DNA from: Strigamia acuminata | Taxonomy: Eukaryota | Assembly: GCA_949358305.1 (NCBI GenBank) | Contig: OX442314.1 | Location: 24,366,001 to 24,430,000 of the forward strand | Direction: 5' to 3' | DNA: 64,000 nt | In this document: positions 51,301 to 64,000 of the stretch, piece by piece | How the letters are laid out: every line of letters begins with the position of its first letter | Position numbering within the stretch: the first letter of the stretch is position 1 | Made by a program: the position numbers and the translations under genes | Notes under the pieces: model-generated | The model's input: the letters and a program-made list of their open reading frames with translations, nothing else | Databases searched by the model: none | What the model was told of the DNA's origin: nothing

Positions 51301-53177
51301 TATTCGATTCGAAAGCGAATCGAATACGATTTCGCGTTGAAAAAGGACAAAACTCGTATTCGATTCGAAAGCGAATCGAATACGATTTCGCTTGGGAAAA
51401 GGACTCGAATGCGCCTCCACGTTGCAATGCGCATTTGTGTAAACGATGATGGAATCCCCTGCTTAAATACTGGCTATCGCGTCACGTAACAGCAACGTGC
51501 CACGTCACGTAATTGCAACGTGCCGCGCTATGCCACACAATGTGCCGCCGCGATAGGCCATCGAACCCGAATGTGTGTGATGCGAAACGCGCGAGTACAC
51601 GCGCGGAGAACGCGCGGCAATGCTAGCAACAGGAGCGCAACTGCCCAAGAAATTGCTCAACAATAAAAGGCACGTGGAAGCACGTGCCTGAAACAATAGG
51701 CACTTCAAATAAAGTTATTGTTAAAAAACGGGCTTGAAAACCAACAATTACACAATAATTAAGGGGCAAGAAATGAACTTTGCTGCAATGCAAAGTTCTC
51801 AAAATACAGAGAAATGAAAGTTACACTTGTATAAAGAATTGACAATGTTTGAAACCAATAAAAACTACAAAAACACACTTGTAAAAAACCCAAAACAACC
51901 CCCAGAATGAATTATTTGACTCAAATTAACCCTAAAACAGTCTTGGAGGTCGTGCAGACGACAGAGTCGGATCGGAAGGTTGCTAAAACCTGACGCCAAA
52001 ACTAGCAATGGGACAGCTAGTTAGAAAACAGCTTTTTCATCGATCATGAACGCTGAAAACCTCACCCAGGGGTAGAAAATGATGGAGAGAACGTTTTCGC
52101 CATCTAAAACGGTCTAAAACGGGTCTAAAATGCCTAAACCGGCGCCTGGAACGTGGCGCAGTTGTTGGGTCAAATATTGTCAAAAATCAGTGGAAATTTG
52201 TCAAATACTGGCAAAAATCTGCTGAAATTTGTCAAAAATTGCCAAATTTTGGCGCAAGTTACGTGAGGTTTGCGCGCATCCAACTATGACGAAAAATCCA
52301 TGCGTGTGCACGCGCGATTTACTGGCGCGTTGGAAGCGTTAAAATAAATTTTTCCAATATCTAACACAATTTGCACCGAATTATGGCAATTTTTGACAAA
52401 TTTACATGGATTTTTGCCAGTATTTGACAAATTTCCACGGATTTTTGCCAATATTTGACAAATTGCAGACAAATTTCAGACAAATTTCAATTAATTTTAG
52501 AAATTTTATGAGAAATTTCAGCAAATGTTTGAGGATTGAGGAAATCTTCTGAAATTTGTCAAATATAGGCAAAAATCTTCTGAAATTTGTCAAATACAGG
52601 CAAAAATCTGCTGAAATTTGTCAAAAATTGCCCAAATTCCGTGCAAGTTTTGCAAGTTTTGCGCGCATCAAATCGTATGCGCGCCTATACTATTGCACGA
52701 GCGCATTGACGCGTGATGAACACCGACCACGTTTACGAAGTGAATTCGAGCTACAAAAGTATCGAATCGCCATTCTAGTATGGAACAAAAAAAATTAAGT
52801 GGAAACAAACAAAATAAAAACTTTAATATACGAGAAACGTACAATTCCACTCAACTTTGTTTCAAATTTTATTTATTGGATCATTAAAAATAAACAGTAG
52901 TGTTGTGCACTGTACACTTAAATGTATACCGCAGTACAAGTACCGCGGTCCCGGTACTGCACCGGTACACGTGAAAACGCGAGTTTCTCAAATTTAAAAA
53001 GTTGATGTCGGCGGCGATGCGTTGTTTTGTGGTGAGAATTTGCCTCGAGAATTGATCTTATCTCTTTGTTTGCAATATTTTTTTTGGCATTCTTTGTTGA
53101 TTTTTCGGTTTGAATTTGTTTTTTTCCGGTGTAATTTGAGTGGTGGAAGGTTGTTGGGGTGTGTTGAGGGCAATTTT
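48374..53177. repeat. Giant nested palindrome in unit 2 (rearranged centre)
   Basis: Mirror ORFs 48874..49065(+)/52402..52593(-); single central hairpin module. Confidence 0.95.
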
Positions 53178-53378
53178 GGTTATTTGTTGATTTTTAATTG
53201 ATTTAATCGTTTTCTGTTTGTTTTTGCTGGTTTTTAATCGATTTTTCTGTATTTTTGGTCAATTTTTACCAATTGTAATTGTTATTTGTCATTCTGAATT
53301 GATTATTGTCCGATTTTATTCGATTATTGTCAGATTTCAGTCGATTTTTGTCGATTTCTAATCAATGTTTATACATTT

Positions 53379-54199
53379 TGTCGCGTCCTACTTTGTATAG
53401 GTTTAAATAGCGCTAACGTGTAATACTTTACCTGTGATCAATTATGCAAATACCCAAATGAATACCAAATGTATGTAAATAAACAGTTAATTTATTCACC
53501 AGGCTTTATGCCTTTAAAATACACTCAGTAATAATTCTAGAGTCGACGTGGTCAGCGTCGAACAAAGGATTTCTCAAGATGGCGTCGTCGATTCCGCGTG
53601 GTCGGCGGAACAAAGGCGGCGTCTCGAGTTGTCGTTAATTCGTCACGGATTCGTCTTCACGGACGCGGTGGAATGCTCTCTCGAGTCTTCTATCCGTGCC
53701 TGTTGTCTAGGTTTTGGTTTAGCGTCGCAGAGGCCTCGTCTAGGAACTTTGGGGTTCCTTACAAAGCACTCGGACACTCACTTCGGCGAATAATCGTCTG
53801 GGCGATTATTCTGGGTGATTTCACAAGGGCTATTCTCGTGCTTTCGCAGGAATAGCTCGCAAGTGACTTCGTGAGAGTTACAGTTTGCACTTTACTCAGC
53901 GATCCTCGATCAATCCTAACTTGTAGTTGAAGTTGGCCTGACGGTGAGGTAGTTGCTGTGTTCTTGGTGTCGTTTGTGTAAGTTCTGACTTTAGGCGGGA
54001 AACACAGCCTTTTATGCAGTGGGGTGAAGGGCCGGCGATCAACCAATGGGGGCTGACCACCAGCCGCTTCCTCCCCCTCGGGGCACACACCTGCCATGGG
54101 GAGGTGGAGCCAACTCGGGGGGGAACGACTCTTCAATCACAGTGACTCAGAGGACAAGTATCCGCTCTGGGGGGACACTTATCCAACTGGGTCACCACA
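53379..54199 (-). mobile_element. Solo LTR nested in unit 2
   Basis: Copy of 37352-38172 with the same ATTT TSD. Confidence 0.8.
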
Positions 54200-57100
54200 A
54201 TTTCTTATCAAGTTTTGTATATTTTTGTTGATTTTTAATCATATTTGTTCCTTTTTAATCAAAGTCGAAAACGAGTTGTAAATGCGTTCGTATGCGACGC
54301 GAACGCGTATTGGAGTCGATTCCAAGTTCGTATTCCATCGCAAACGCGCATTTGAGACGTAAACGAGTTTATCTTTTTCACTCTCGCTTGATCCCCCTTT
54401 ATCGCGCCTCATTGCTCCTGTGAAAAAAAATATATGAGAATGCACAGAAATGAACCTTCCAATACTTACATGAAAATTGGCAACCTTGACACAAAACAGT
54501 CTATCGACACTCCCAACACCACCCCGGACATTTTTCGGAAGAGTTTGGTCCACCCGGAATCCGCAGAATAGTCTCCCCCGAAATGCGGATTTCGCGGACG
54601 CCAATCCGCGAAAAGGATAAAAAATTTCCAATGTATAAACTTTATTTCTGTTTTCAGTTTCCTGATATGATTAAAGAAAATCCTAAATATTATTTCCAAA
54701 CATTTATCAAATTCTTTTCAAAAGCAGTTGTGGAGGCGTCTACTACGAACGTGTCATCGTGGGCGTCAAATTTGAATATTTTTAACTTTCTGCGTTTGCA
54801 CGAATTCGCAGAATTCGTCCACTGGCATCGTGGCGACGCATGGTCGACATTTCGTATTCATATGTGACGCGCACTCTATTTACTCACGTAGAACACACGA
54901 ATCGCGCGCGTCAACGCGCACATGTAAATTTAGTTTCACTGAATCGAATACGAGTTTTGCCCTTCTTCAACGCGAAATCGTATTCGACTCGTTTTCGAGT
55001 CGAATGCGAGTTTTGCCCTTCTTCAACGCGAAATCGTATTCGACTCGTTTTCGAGTCGAATACGAGTTTTGCCCTTCTTCAACGCGAAATCGTATTCGAC
55101 TCGTTTTCGAGTCGAATGCGAGTTTTGCCCTTCTTCAACGCGAAATCGTATTCGACTCGTTTTCGAGTCGAATGCGAATTTTGCCCTTCTTCAACGCGAA
55201 ATCGTATTCGACTCGTTTTCAAGTCGAATACGAGTTTTGCCCTTCTTCAACGCGAAATCGTATTCGACTCGTTTTCGAGTCGAATGCGAGTTTTGCCCTT
55301 CTTCAACGCGAAATCGTATTCGACTCGTTTTCGAGTCGAATGCGAATTTTGCCCTTCTTCAACGCGAAATCGTATTCGACTCGTTTTCGAGTCGAATACG
55401 AGTTTTGCCCTTCTTCAACGCGAAATCGTATTCGACTCGTTTTCGAGTCAAATACGAGTTTTGCCCTTCTTCAACGCGAAATCGTATTCGACTCGTTTTC
55501 GAGTCGAATACGAGATAGTCGATGACCCGTTCCCGGACTTTGACTCGTACGACTCGTATTCGAGATGTATTCGAGATGTATTCGAATTGTATTCGAGTCG
55601 CATTCGAGATGGTCGATGATTTCCACTCGCTCGTATACGCGTTGTATACGAGCTCGTATTTTGATCGTAATCGTAAACGAATCGTTTACAAGTCGTATAC
55701 AAGTTGTATACGACGTGTATACACCTCGTATACGAACGAAGTTTGGAAAATCCACCGGATACTTACTACGACATGAAAACACATAGTAGTCACATACGTC
55801 TTATTTGGAAATTGTGTTTTCACAAACTTCGTTCGTATACGAGGTGTATACACGTCGTATACGACTTGTATACGACTTGTAAACGATTCGTTTACGATTA
55901 CGATCAAAATACGAGCTCGTATACAACGCGTATACGAGCGAGTGGAAATCATCGACCATCTCGAATACGACTCGAATTCGATTCGTATTCGATTCGAATA
56001 CGATTCGAATTCGATTCGAATACGAATACGATCAAAATACGAACTCGTAACAACTCGAATACAAATCAAAGTCCGGGAAACAAAAATCGACCATCTCGTA
56101 TACGATTCGAAAGCGAATCGAATACGATTTCGCGTTGAAGAAGGGCAAAATTCGCATTCGACTCGAAAACGAGTCGAATACGAATTCGCATTCGACTCGA
56201 AAACGAGTCGAATACGATTTCGCGTTGAAGAAGGGCAAAATTCGCATTCGACTCGAAAACGAGTCGAATACGATTTCGCGTTGAAGAAGGGCAAAACTCG
56301 CATTCGACTCGAAAACGAGTCGAATACGATTTCGCGTTGAGAAAGGGCAAAATTCGCATTCGACTCGAAAACGAGTCGAATACGATTTCGCGTTGAAGAA
56401 GGGCAAAACTCGCATTCGACTCGAAAACGAGTCGAATACGATTTCGCATTCGACTCGAAAACGAGTCGAATACGATTTCGCGTCGAAGAAGGGCAAAATT
56501 CGCATTCGACTCGAAAACGAGTCGAATACGATTTCGCGTTGAAGAAGGGCAAAACTCGCATTCGACTCGAAAACGAGTCGAATACGATTTCGCGTTGAGA
56601 AAGGGCAAAATTCGCATTCGACTCGAAAACGAGTCGAATACGATTTCGCGTTGAAGAAGGGCAAAACTCGCATTCGACTCGAAAACGAGTCGAATACGAT
56701 TTCGCATTCGACTCGAAAACGAGTCGAATACGATTTCGCGTCGAAGAAGGGCAAAATTTGCATTCGACTCGAAAACGAGTCGAATACGAGATCATTTTTT
56801 GATCTGGGTCGTGAATGCGTCCGTATGTCACGCGAACGCGTGTTGGAGTCGATTCCGAGTTCGTATTCCATCTTGAACGCGCATTGGAGACGTAAACCAG
56901 TTTATTTTACCCACTCTCGCTCGATCCCGCTTCATCGCTCCTTGTCGCTCCTGTGAAAAAAAATACATGAGAATGTGCAGAAATGAACCTTCCAATACTC
57001 ACATGAAAATTGACAACCTTGACACAAAACAGTCTATTGACACTCCCAACACCACCCCGGATGTTTTCCGGAAAAGTTTGGTCCACCCGGAATCCCCAGA

Positions 57101-60100
57101 ATAGTCGCCCCCGAAATGCGGATTTCGCGGAAGCCAATCCGCGAAAAGGTTAATAGGCACGACAAAAGCAAATTCATTGCTTCTTAGATTCGCAGTGGCG
57201 GGACCACGGTGTGACAACCGAGGCAGCTGCCTAGGTCGTAAAGTTAGGAAAGACGTTAAATATAATTTAAAAATTCGCCTAAAATTACATTTCTGTACAT
57301 AAAATCACATTTTAGTAAAAAAAAATTCCATTTTTAGTTTTTTACATCTAAAATAAAAAATTAATTCTTGCACTGAAGTGTAATTTTTTTTATAGGTTCC
57401 TCAGCCACATAAAACCATAGTCTTGTCTCTGTACATCCTCACCTTAAATGAATGACCGGCTTCACTGTAATTAGCAATGGCAGAACCAACACAATGCAGT
57501 CATCTTTAAGAATCAGATTCACTTGTATGGATTTCTAATTTCTATTCACCGAATTAAAAAAATTTAAAAAATGCTTGAAAAATATTTTTAAAAAAAATAA
57601 AATCCATAAATAAAACGGAAAGTTAAGTCGCAAACCTCACATTTCCAGACGACTAAATGCGATTCTAAAACCTGTCACATTGATAGAATAGTAATCAGTT
57701 TTTTCTTGTGCCGGTATCACATATCTAGATTTTTTTTTTTATGTTTAGAATCACAATCTTGCAGCTTTAATGTGCTTCCGACAGAATTTTAAATCACGAC
57801 TTGATAAAAAATAAGAAATAAAAAATAATATAAATTAAAAAATATTTAAAAAAAAAATAACTGCATATACAAATTTATACTTCATAAAATATTAAAATCG
57901 CTAAATAACGTATAATTAACAAAAAAAAAAAAAAATGAACAGTTCATGTTACCTCTAATCTAATCTTAGTAAAATAAATTAATTCAGTTTAGAATGTCCC
58001 TTTTAAAATTAATAAAAAACGCAATTAGCTTCCGAGTAAATGTATTCCGACGAAAAAAAACTCTAATTTTATTACGAAAAGTTTGAAATATTTCAAAAAT
58101 GCGATTAAAGAAGCCATACCTACGGTTCATTGAAAACAAAATTTCCTTTTTTTTAATCAAATTATATTTTTTCCTCCAACACAGCAAGGAAAAAATAAAA
58201 AAATTCCTTCACACTTACTTCCTCGTCTAGCGAAACTTTCCAAAAATAAATAAATAAGTGGAAATTGGGTATTCGCACTCAGGTTTTACGCACGAATTGA
58301 CGTTTGACGACAAAAGGGTTAATTGGATGCGACGAGGCCGAGAGGTCGACAAGATACTGTGACCACTCTGTGAAATGTGAAACATTCGCAGGTAAAGCGC
58401 CGCAAAATGTAAATGAGATCACATTGACGCTTAATGTGCTGAATGACAAGTAGAAACCGATTTTTTTCCCCCAACTTCTTTATACACAACCCGTGTAAAC
58501 ATTTATTCCAAAATTTACTAGCCAGCTTAGAGGGAAGTCATTTGAATTTTTAATAGTGTGCTGACCACACACGACAAAAACTCAACTAATTAATCAAGTA
58601 AATCCGATGTAATTAGCAGCGACCTGATAAAAGCGAGGTGAAGTGTCTTTAACTGGAAACAAATTGGACACTGTCTCGTCTAAAGGCCAATGACATGCTT
58701 AATTACCCCTATTTTAATCGACCCCCGTCGACAGGAAAAAAAATGATCCAAAACTTTGCAGTGATCGTCAGAGAAAAACTCAGAAATACAAACATAATTG
58801 GATAAAACAAAAAAATAAAAAATAAAAAATTTAATTTCATATATGCCTAACTTTTAATGAGATGTAAAAAGTTCTGAGGGAAAATGTTAAGAACACTTTA
58901 CAGCAAACAATTAACTGCTTTAAATGAAATTAAGATAAGAGAAACTTGTTTCATCCATATACTCACATTTTCTTTCAATTATCTTGCTTAGAAATAAAGT
59001 TTAAAGTGGATGTTACCACTGGAAATACTTTCCTCTCTCTTGTTCGTATAAAAGTGCCAATATTTCTATACTATGCAGTGTGACACAACTGACATCTTAT
59101 ATTAAAGATGATGATGATGTGTTTTCTCTAGTACACTTTTATACCTCTTTTCTCGTGTTATTGCTGTGGTACTAGTGTTCATAAAATATTATTCCAGCTA
59201 CACTGGCTGCATTCAAATATACAATCGTCAGTTTTGGAAATCTTTTCAATTTTCTTGCGGATTTCTCACTGAATTCACAAGTCAGTATTTGAATTCAGTC
59301 TTCAGCAGACGCAGTAATAAAAATTAGCTTTAAAATCACACCGAATTGACCAAAAACTCCACCACTTATAGACAAAAAAAAACACTAAATTCATTTTTGG
59401 AAGGTTTTGTCTGAATAAAAAAAAAACATTCTAACCTTTAAATTTTAAAGCAGTCGTAAGTTCTTCAGCCCGGAAAGAATAATTAAATGAAAGGTTGGCT
59501 ACACTGCGCGGCATTTGGCTTCAACGCAGTACAGCGAAGCCAACAAACGGTTTAAAGAAAAACAAAACAAAAAGCACTTTACCCTTCGACCTTTAACTCC
59601 CAAATCTTAGCAGGTTTTACGCATCAATTAAAAAATGCTATCCTAAAAGCCAACTTTTTAAATGCCCTAGACACTTCAAAATAATAAAAAGAAAAAGATA
59701 TTTGTGAAATCAGATACGAGTTGTTTTATTCCGGTTCAAACCTTCAAATCAATTTTAATCTGTCCGATTGGATTTGTCTCCCCAGCGGATGCTTGGGTAA
59801 CTAACATATACATCCAATCCAAAGCATGCACACTGCACAGAATACAAAGTTGGACTCTGGATATGAAGTCACACGAGATACAAATGTAGAGTCACACACT
59901 GGCCTTTTAGTTTTCCCTGTATAACGTTGGAATATAAAGTCCTCAACCCCATGCAGTTACACGACCCGTAGGCTCAGTCACCAGATGGCAGCAATTGTTA
60001 TTCGTACGTAACCATCGTCCTTAGCAAACATTGGTTGCCATTTTTGGACCTCAGAAGGACAACCAATCATGTTATTATAGACGAGCCTCGTTATCGTACT

Positions 60101-60261
60101 GAAGTAGCCTCTTTCCCATCCTTCTTTTTGGAGTATTTGGCACTTTTCGATAGAAACGAACGTTTTTTCAGTTAAAATGGATGTTTTACCATTATGTCAA
60201 GTTATAAACCTTTACTTGATTGTTGTAACCAGATCCCTACCTTTGGCTAAAGTACCTTTGG

Positions 60262-61025
60262 CAATGTTGTGCGCGGTCCGCGGTCCTGTTCCGGCAGCTA
60301 AAAAGAACCGCGGTCCCGGTCCGCGGTCCCTGGACCGGGACCGCAGTCTCGGTCCGCGGTCCACCGTGTACCGCGGACCGGGAACGCGGTCCCGGTCCAG
60401 GACCGCGTTCGCGTTTTTGCGTTACATCTCGCGGTCCACGAGAAAACACGAGATCTCGTGTTTTCTCGTGGATCGCGAGATATACCGCAATATACTAGAA
60501 TCTCGTCGTTTTCAAAATGCGTAGGTAAAACGTTCACTGCCTAGCGCAAACGTCAAACACACATAAGCAAACATTCAATCTTATTGAAATGAAATGACAA
60601 TCGAGCGTAATAGCATTTTTCATAAATTTTCATAATTTTTTCAGTTTTAATTAGTTTTTAAACGTTTTTTAATGCTATTACACTCGATTGTCATTTCATT
60701 TCAATATGATTGAATGTTTGCTTATGTGTGTTTGACATTTGCGCTAGGCAGTGAACGTTTTACCTATGCATTTTGAAAACGACAAGATACTAGTATTTTG
60801 CGATATATCTCGCAATCTCGTGTTTTCTCGTGGACCGCGAGATGTACCGCAAAAGCGGTCCGCGGTCCACGGAATTTTAAAAGGAGCGCGATTCCGGTCC
60901 GCGGTCCTGGACCGGCCTTTTAAAAGGAGCGCGGTCCCGGTCCACGGTCCTGGACCGGCCTTTTAAAAGGAACGCAGTCACGGTCCTGGATCGCCGGTCC
61001 GAGACCGGGACCGCGCACAACACTG
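60262..61025. mobile_element. hAT MITE with palindromic interior and GGTCC/GGACC subterminal repeats
   Basis: ACCTTTGG|CAATGTTGTGCGCGGTCC ... GGACCGCGCACAACACTG|ACCTTTGG: perfect 8-bp TSD. Internal arms ~60490-60630 pair with ~60660-60800. Confidence 0.92.
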
Positions 61026-62069
61026 ACCTTTGGCTACTTTCCTTTCGGAAATAATTTTGACGTCACTTCCGATATCGAAAGTAACGAAAAAAAAGATTCT
61101 TCTTTCCTTTCGCAAATTGAACGCACCTACTGTTAATTTGTGACGTTGCCCTTGAGCAGCGCCACCTGTGTATTTCGACAATTATGCAAATATTCCCGTA
61201 CGTGATGCCTCGTGTCTGACTCCATCCAACGATATCCAGCCACATCCATTGCAAACCAACCAAATCAAGCACACAAAACATCACTTTTTTACGAATTCGT
61301 TTTAGTGGCGCACTTGACTGTATGCGACTGTTTACAGGCGAGTCGCCTGTAAACACTTTCCAAGCACTTAAATCGGTAGATATCACTGTTATACATGATT
61401 TCATTAATCCATAAAAAAATTGTCCTAATACTAATTATCCGTTTTTGAATGCATAGCCACTTACCCCTGAGAATATGAATTCACTTTCGCAATTTCACTT
61501 TACGCAACGATTTCTCAGAACCAATTAACTGCATAATAGGAGGGATTACTGCAGTATGTAATGTTTATTTTCATTTTAGTCTCTATTTTCTCCCATCTCA
61601 GTTTTAAAAATTACTTTACATTTTTAACCGTAATTTTCCTACATCTCTGGTCATAAAATTCCCTCAAAACAGAGAAAATTATAGATTCCAGCAGTAGATA
61701 AAAAAAAAAGGCCCATTATGTAGTTACTTTAAGTGACTAAAAAACTGTTGATAATTTTGGTATCATTTCATTATCATGTCTTAAAACACAAAATGACAAA
61801 AAAAAATATACAATAATAATAATTATAAAGGTTTTTGTGTTTTCGACATAAAAAATATCGACCATTTTCATTACTACGAGTGTTTTTACCGATTCATTTG
61901 CTGAGGAATTTGCACGACATTCCTCATCAAACAATTTATACGACTGACAATTTTTGGGTGAGTAACTGCGATTACGCACTGAAACATTTGTAATTACGAG
62001 TGTAAATGTCTATTTTCAGTCTCTGTTGTACCGTACTTTTATTAAAAAAAATAGTGGGAAGTAATAGTA

Positions 62070-62797
62070 GGCGCATTCGAAAAGTAATTTGCACTAAACG
62101 ACCAGTGCAACTGGTAGTGTAAATTTCAAGTTAAACGACCCAATTTTCGAGTTTCAAAATAAATTTCTGTGTAAAATTCAGTCGTGTAAATTCAAGTGTA
62201 AATATTAAATTAGTCCAAATAATAACCATAGTCATTATTGTTATTGTTGTTTACTCTAAAAAAAAAAACAGGAGATTATAAAAACATGATTATAAAATGT
62301 AAATTTATTTTAATTATTTGTATTATTAATATTTATTTCGGGAATCGGCTGAACATCCGCCTCAATCGCACAAATGCGGCCGAACACCAGCCGCATTAGA
62401 TCGCACAAACGCGGCCGAACGTCGGCCGAACGTCGGCCGCATTCGATTGTACAAATGCGGCCGAACGTCGGTCGAACGTCGGCCGTATTCGATCGTACAA
62501 ATGCGGTCGAACATCGGTCGCATTCGATCGCAAGAATGCGGCTAATACCTGCTAAAAAATTGTTCTTGCGATCGACATCGTTCCAACCGATCTAACGAAA
62601 ATCCAAGATGGCTGCCAGCAAGACCCGATTTCAACGAGAAAACTCGTTGCACGGAGATTTTAAACGGAAACGTGGCGTACAGGCCGTTTCCGTTTAACCA
62701 GTTTACACGACATTTACACGAATTAATTCGTGTAAATGTCGTGTGAAAACGAGTGTAAACACGTTTACACTCGTTTTAATGACTTTTCGAATGCGCC
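62070..62797. mobile_element. MITE with 16-bp TIR flanked by TA, carrying a GC-rich minisatellite
   Basis: TA|GGCGCATTCGAAAAGT ... ACTTTTCGAATGCGCC|TA; repeats aatgcggccgaacgtcggccgcattcgatcgcaca at ~62370-62545; subterminal gtgtaaa/tttacac motifs. Confidence 0.8.
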
Positions 62798-63332
62798 TAG
62801 TGTGTATAGTTTGAAAGCAGCCAACGTTTTAACAACTTTCCCATGTGACTGTTCCTATTCACCCTCATTGTTCCTATCCACCCGGTTCTATGGTACTTGG
62901 ATTGTAAATGCAAACATTTCCAGTAAGCAAATTTTTTGATTAGTTTTAAAAATTTACATTGAATTGGTAGTCCATGATTCGAAAAGCCCGTCAGTTATAT
63001 CGGACAAAAAAAACAAAAAAAAAACAAAGAATTTATCACTTGCAATTGGAAATACGAGCCGTAATGGCTTTTAAGATTGCCAGGCTTAACCCCAATATTT
63101 TACTTTGTCACCACAAGTAATCTAGTTAAGAGAAGAGAAATCTCTTAATCTACAAAAACCCTCCTAGAAAATGTAAAAAATAAATAAATAAATATATGTA
63201 AAAGTGTACTAAGAAAAAACAATTTAACACTTATCTTCAGTTTACGAAGAAGCCCCGATCTAAATCGAGCTTAAGAATATCGCGCGTATTACGAAACCCC
63301 TAATATTTGAATTACTTTTATTGCCGAAAGAA

Positions 63333-63413
63333 CTAGCCTGGAAATTGGAAACGAACCTCGTTTTCAATTGCCCAAACAGCTAGCCTGGAAATTGGAAACG
63401 AGCCTCGTTTTCA
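63333..63413 (+). repeat. Short tandem duplication (two ~34-bp copies)
   Basis: ctagcctggaaattggaaacga(a/g)cctcgttttca occurs twice. Confidence 0.85.
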
Positions 63414-64000
63414 CATCCCACCATTCATTTCTAACAAAGTAAGTTTTATTTTGGTCTCTTGAGTAAAAGCCTTAAAACCACAGACATTAAATGTTCAAAA
63501 AAATCACCCAAATAAAAAAAAAAATCAAAGTTTAAGCATCGTTTTGTTGATGGTCGAATCTTTTTTCCCCCTCACCACAACGACTTATCGACGTACATTA
63601 ACACATGTTTCTCCTTTATCCTCCCCATTTTTTTCCAGCAATTTTAAAATAAAAAATAAAATAAAAAAATAAAAAATCGTGAGAAATATCGCGAAAATGC
63701 GTGATCATTTTTTTTCTAACGCTTTTTTTTTTTTTGCTTAGGTTTCAAGTACCTGCACTGCAGTTTCCCTTCAAATGCACTGATTACATTTTTTGGTGTT
63801 GGGTCCTCCACCATACTTCAAAGCAATAATTTTCCCAAAGTCTTATTATCACATGACTTGTTTTTTTTTTTGTTTTTTTTTTTGCCTTTCAACTCTTTCT
63901 CTTTTCATTCTGGTAATCCACACCACCAAACCAACTTCCATTTATTACGTTCAAGTCGAGTGTTTTTTGTGTATTCGTTGGACAGGAAATCATACACGAT

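Larger units (their letters stand above)
24796..57149. mobile_element. ~32.4-kb composite piggyBac-like non-autonomous element (dimer of a ~16-kb unit) with TTAA TSD
   Basis: TTAA 24792-24795 | CCTTATGGCG ... CGCGAAAAGG | TTAA 57150-57153; imperfect TIR (8/10). Homology between the units starts and stops at these ends. Confidence 0.75.
41177..57149 (+). repeat. Unit 2 of the 16-kb tandem duplication
   Basis: Starts TTAA(41173-41176)|CCTT and ends AAGG|TTAA; 354 bp shorter than unit 1. Confidence 0.97.

Noticed and set aside
33652..56871. Long ORFs (up to 381 aa) rich in RIR/FES/YST
   Set aside because: These are translations of the 56-bp satellite, open in several frames on both strands because the repeat lacks stops.
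24796..57149. Pure assembly artefact explanation of the 16-kb duplication
   Set aside because: Not preferred, because the units differ structurally at one palindrome, a unique spacer separates them and the boundaries coincide with TTAA/TIR ends. It cannot be fully excluded without reads.
60177..61181. Arg/Gly/Pro-rich ORFs
   Set aside because: Translations of GGTCC/GGACC subterminal repeats of a hAT MITE.

Overview
AT-rich eukaryotic (invertebrate-type) genomic DNA with spliceosomal introns; no prokaryotic features. I can support one host gene: four + strand exons (11125-11312, 13116-13354, 13768-14073, 14204-15757) that splice into a 5'-incomplete 761-aa type I membrane protein (about five CUB domains, LDLa, TM, short tail). 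Half the window (24796-57149) is a head-to-tail dimer of a ~16-kb unit with no intact ORF. It is bounded by TTAA|CCTT...AAGG|TTAA (piggyBac-like ends) and contains extra right ends that lack TTAA. Each unit holds a ~5-kb nested palindrome, foldback arrays of a 56-bp hairpin satellite with compensatory stem changes, a solo LTR and a hAT MITE. The two units look identical by eye except at one palindrome centre, which is 354 bp shorter in unit 2, has a flipped loop and carries CpG transitions. The flanks contain many MITEs and a 972-bp foldback element with a tRNA-like Pol III head in each arm. Most entries in the ORF track are repeat-derived artefacts. All coordinates were read by eye and no database searches were run.
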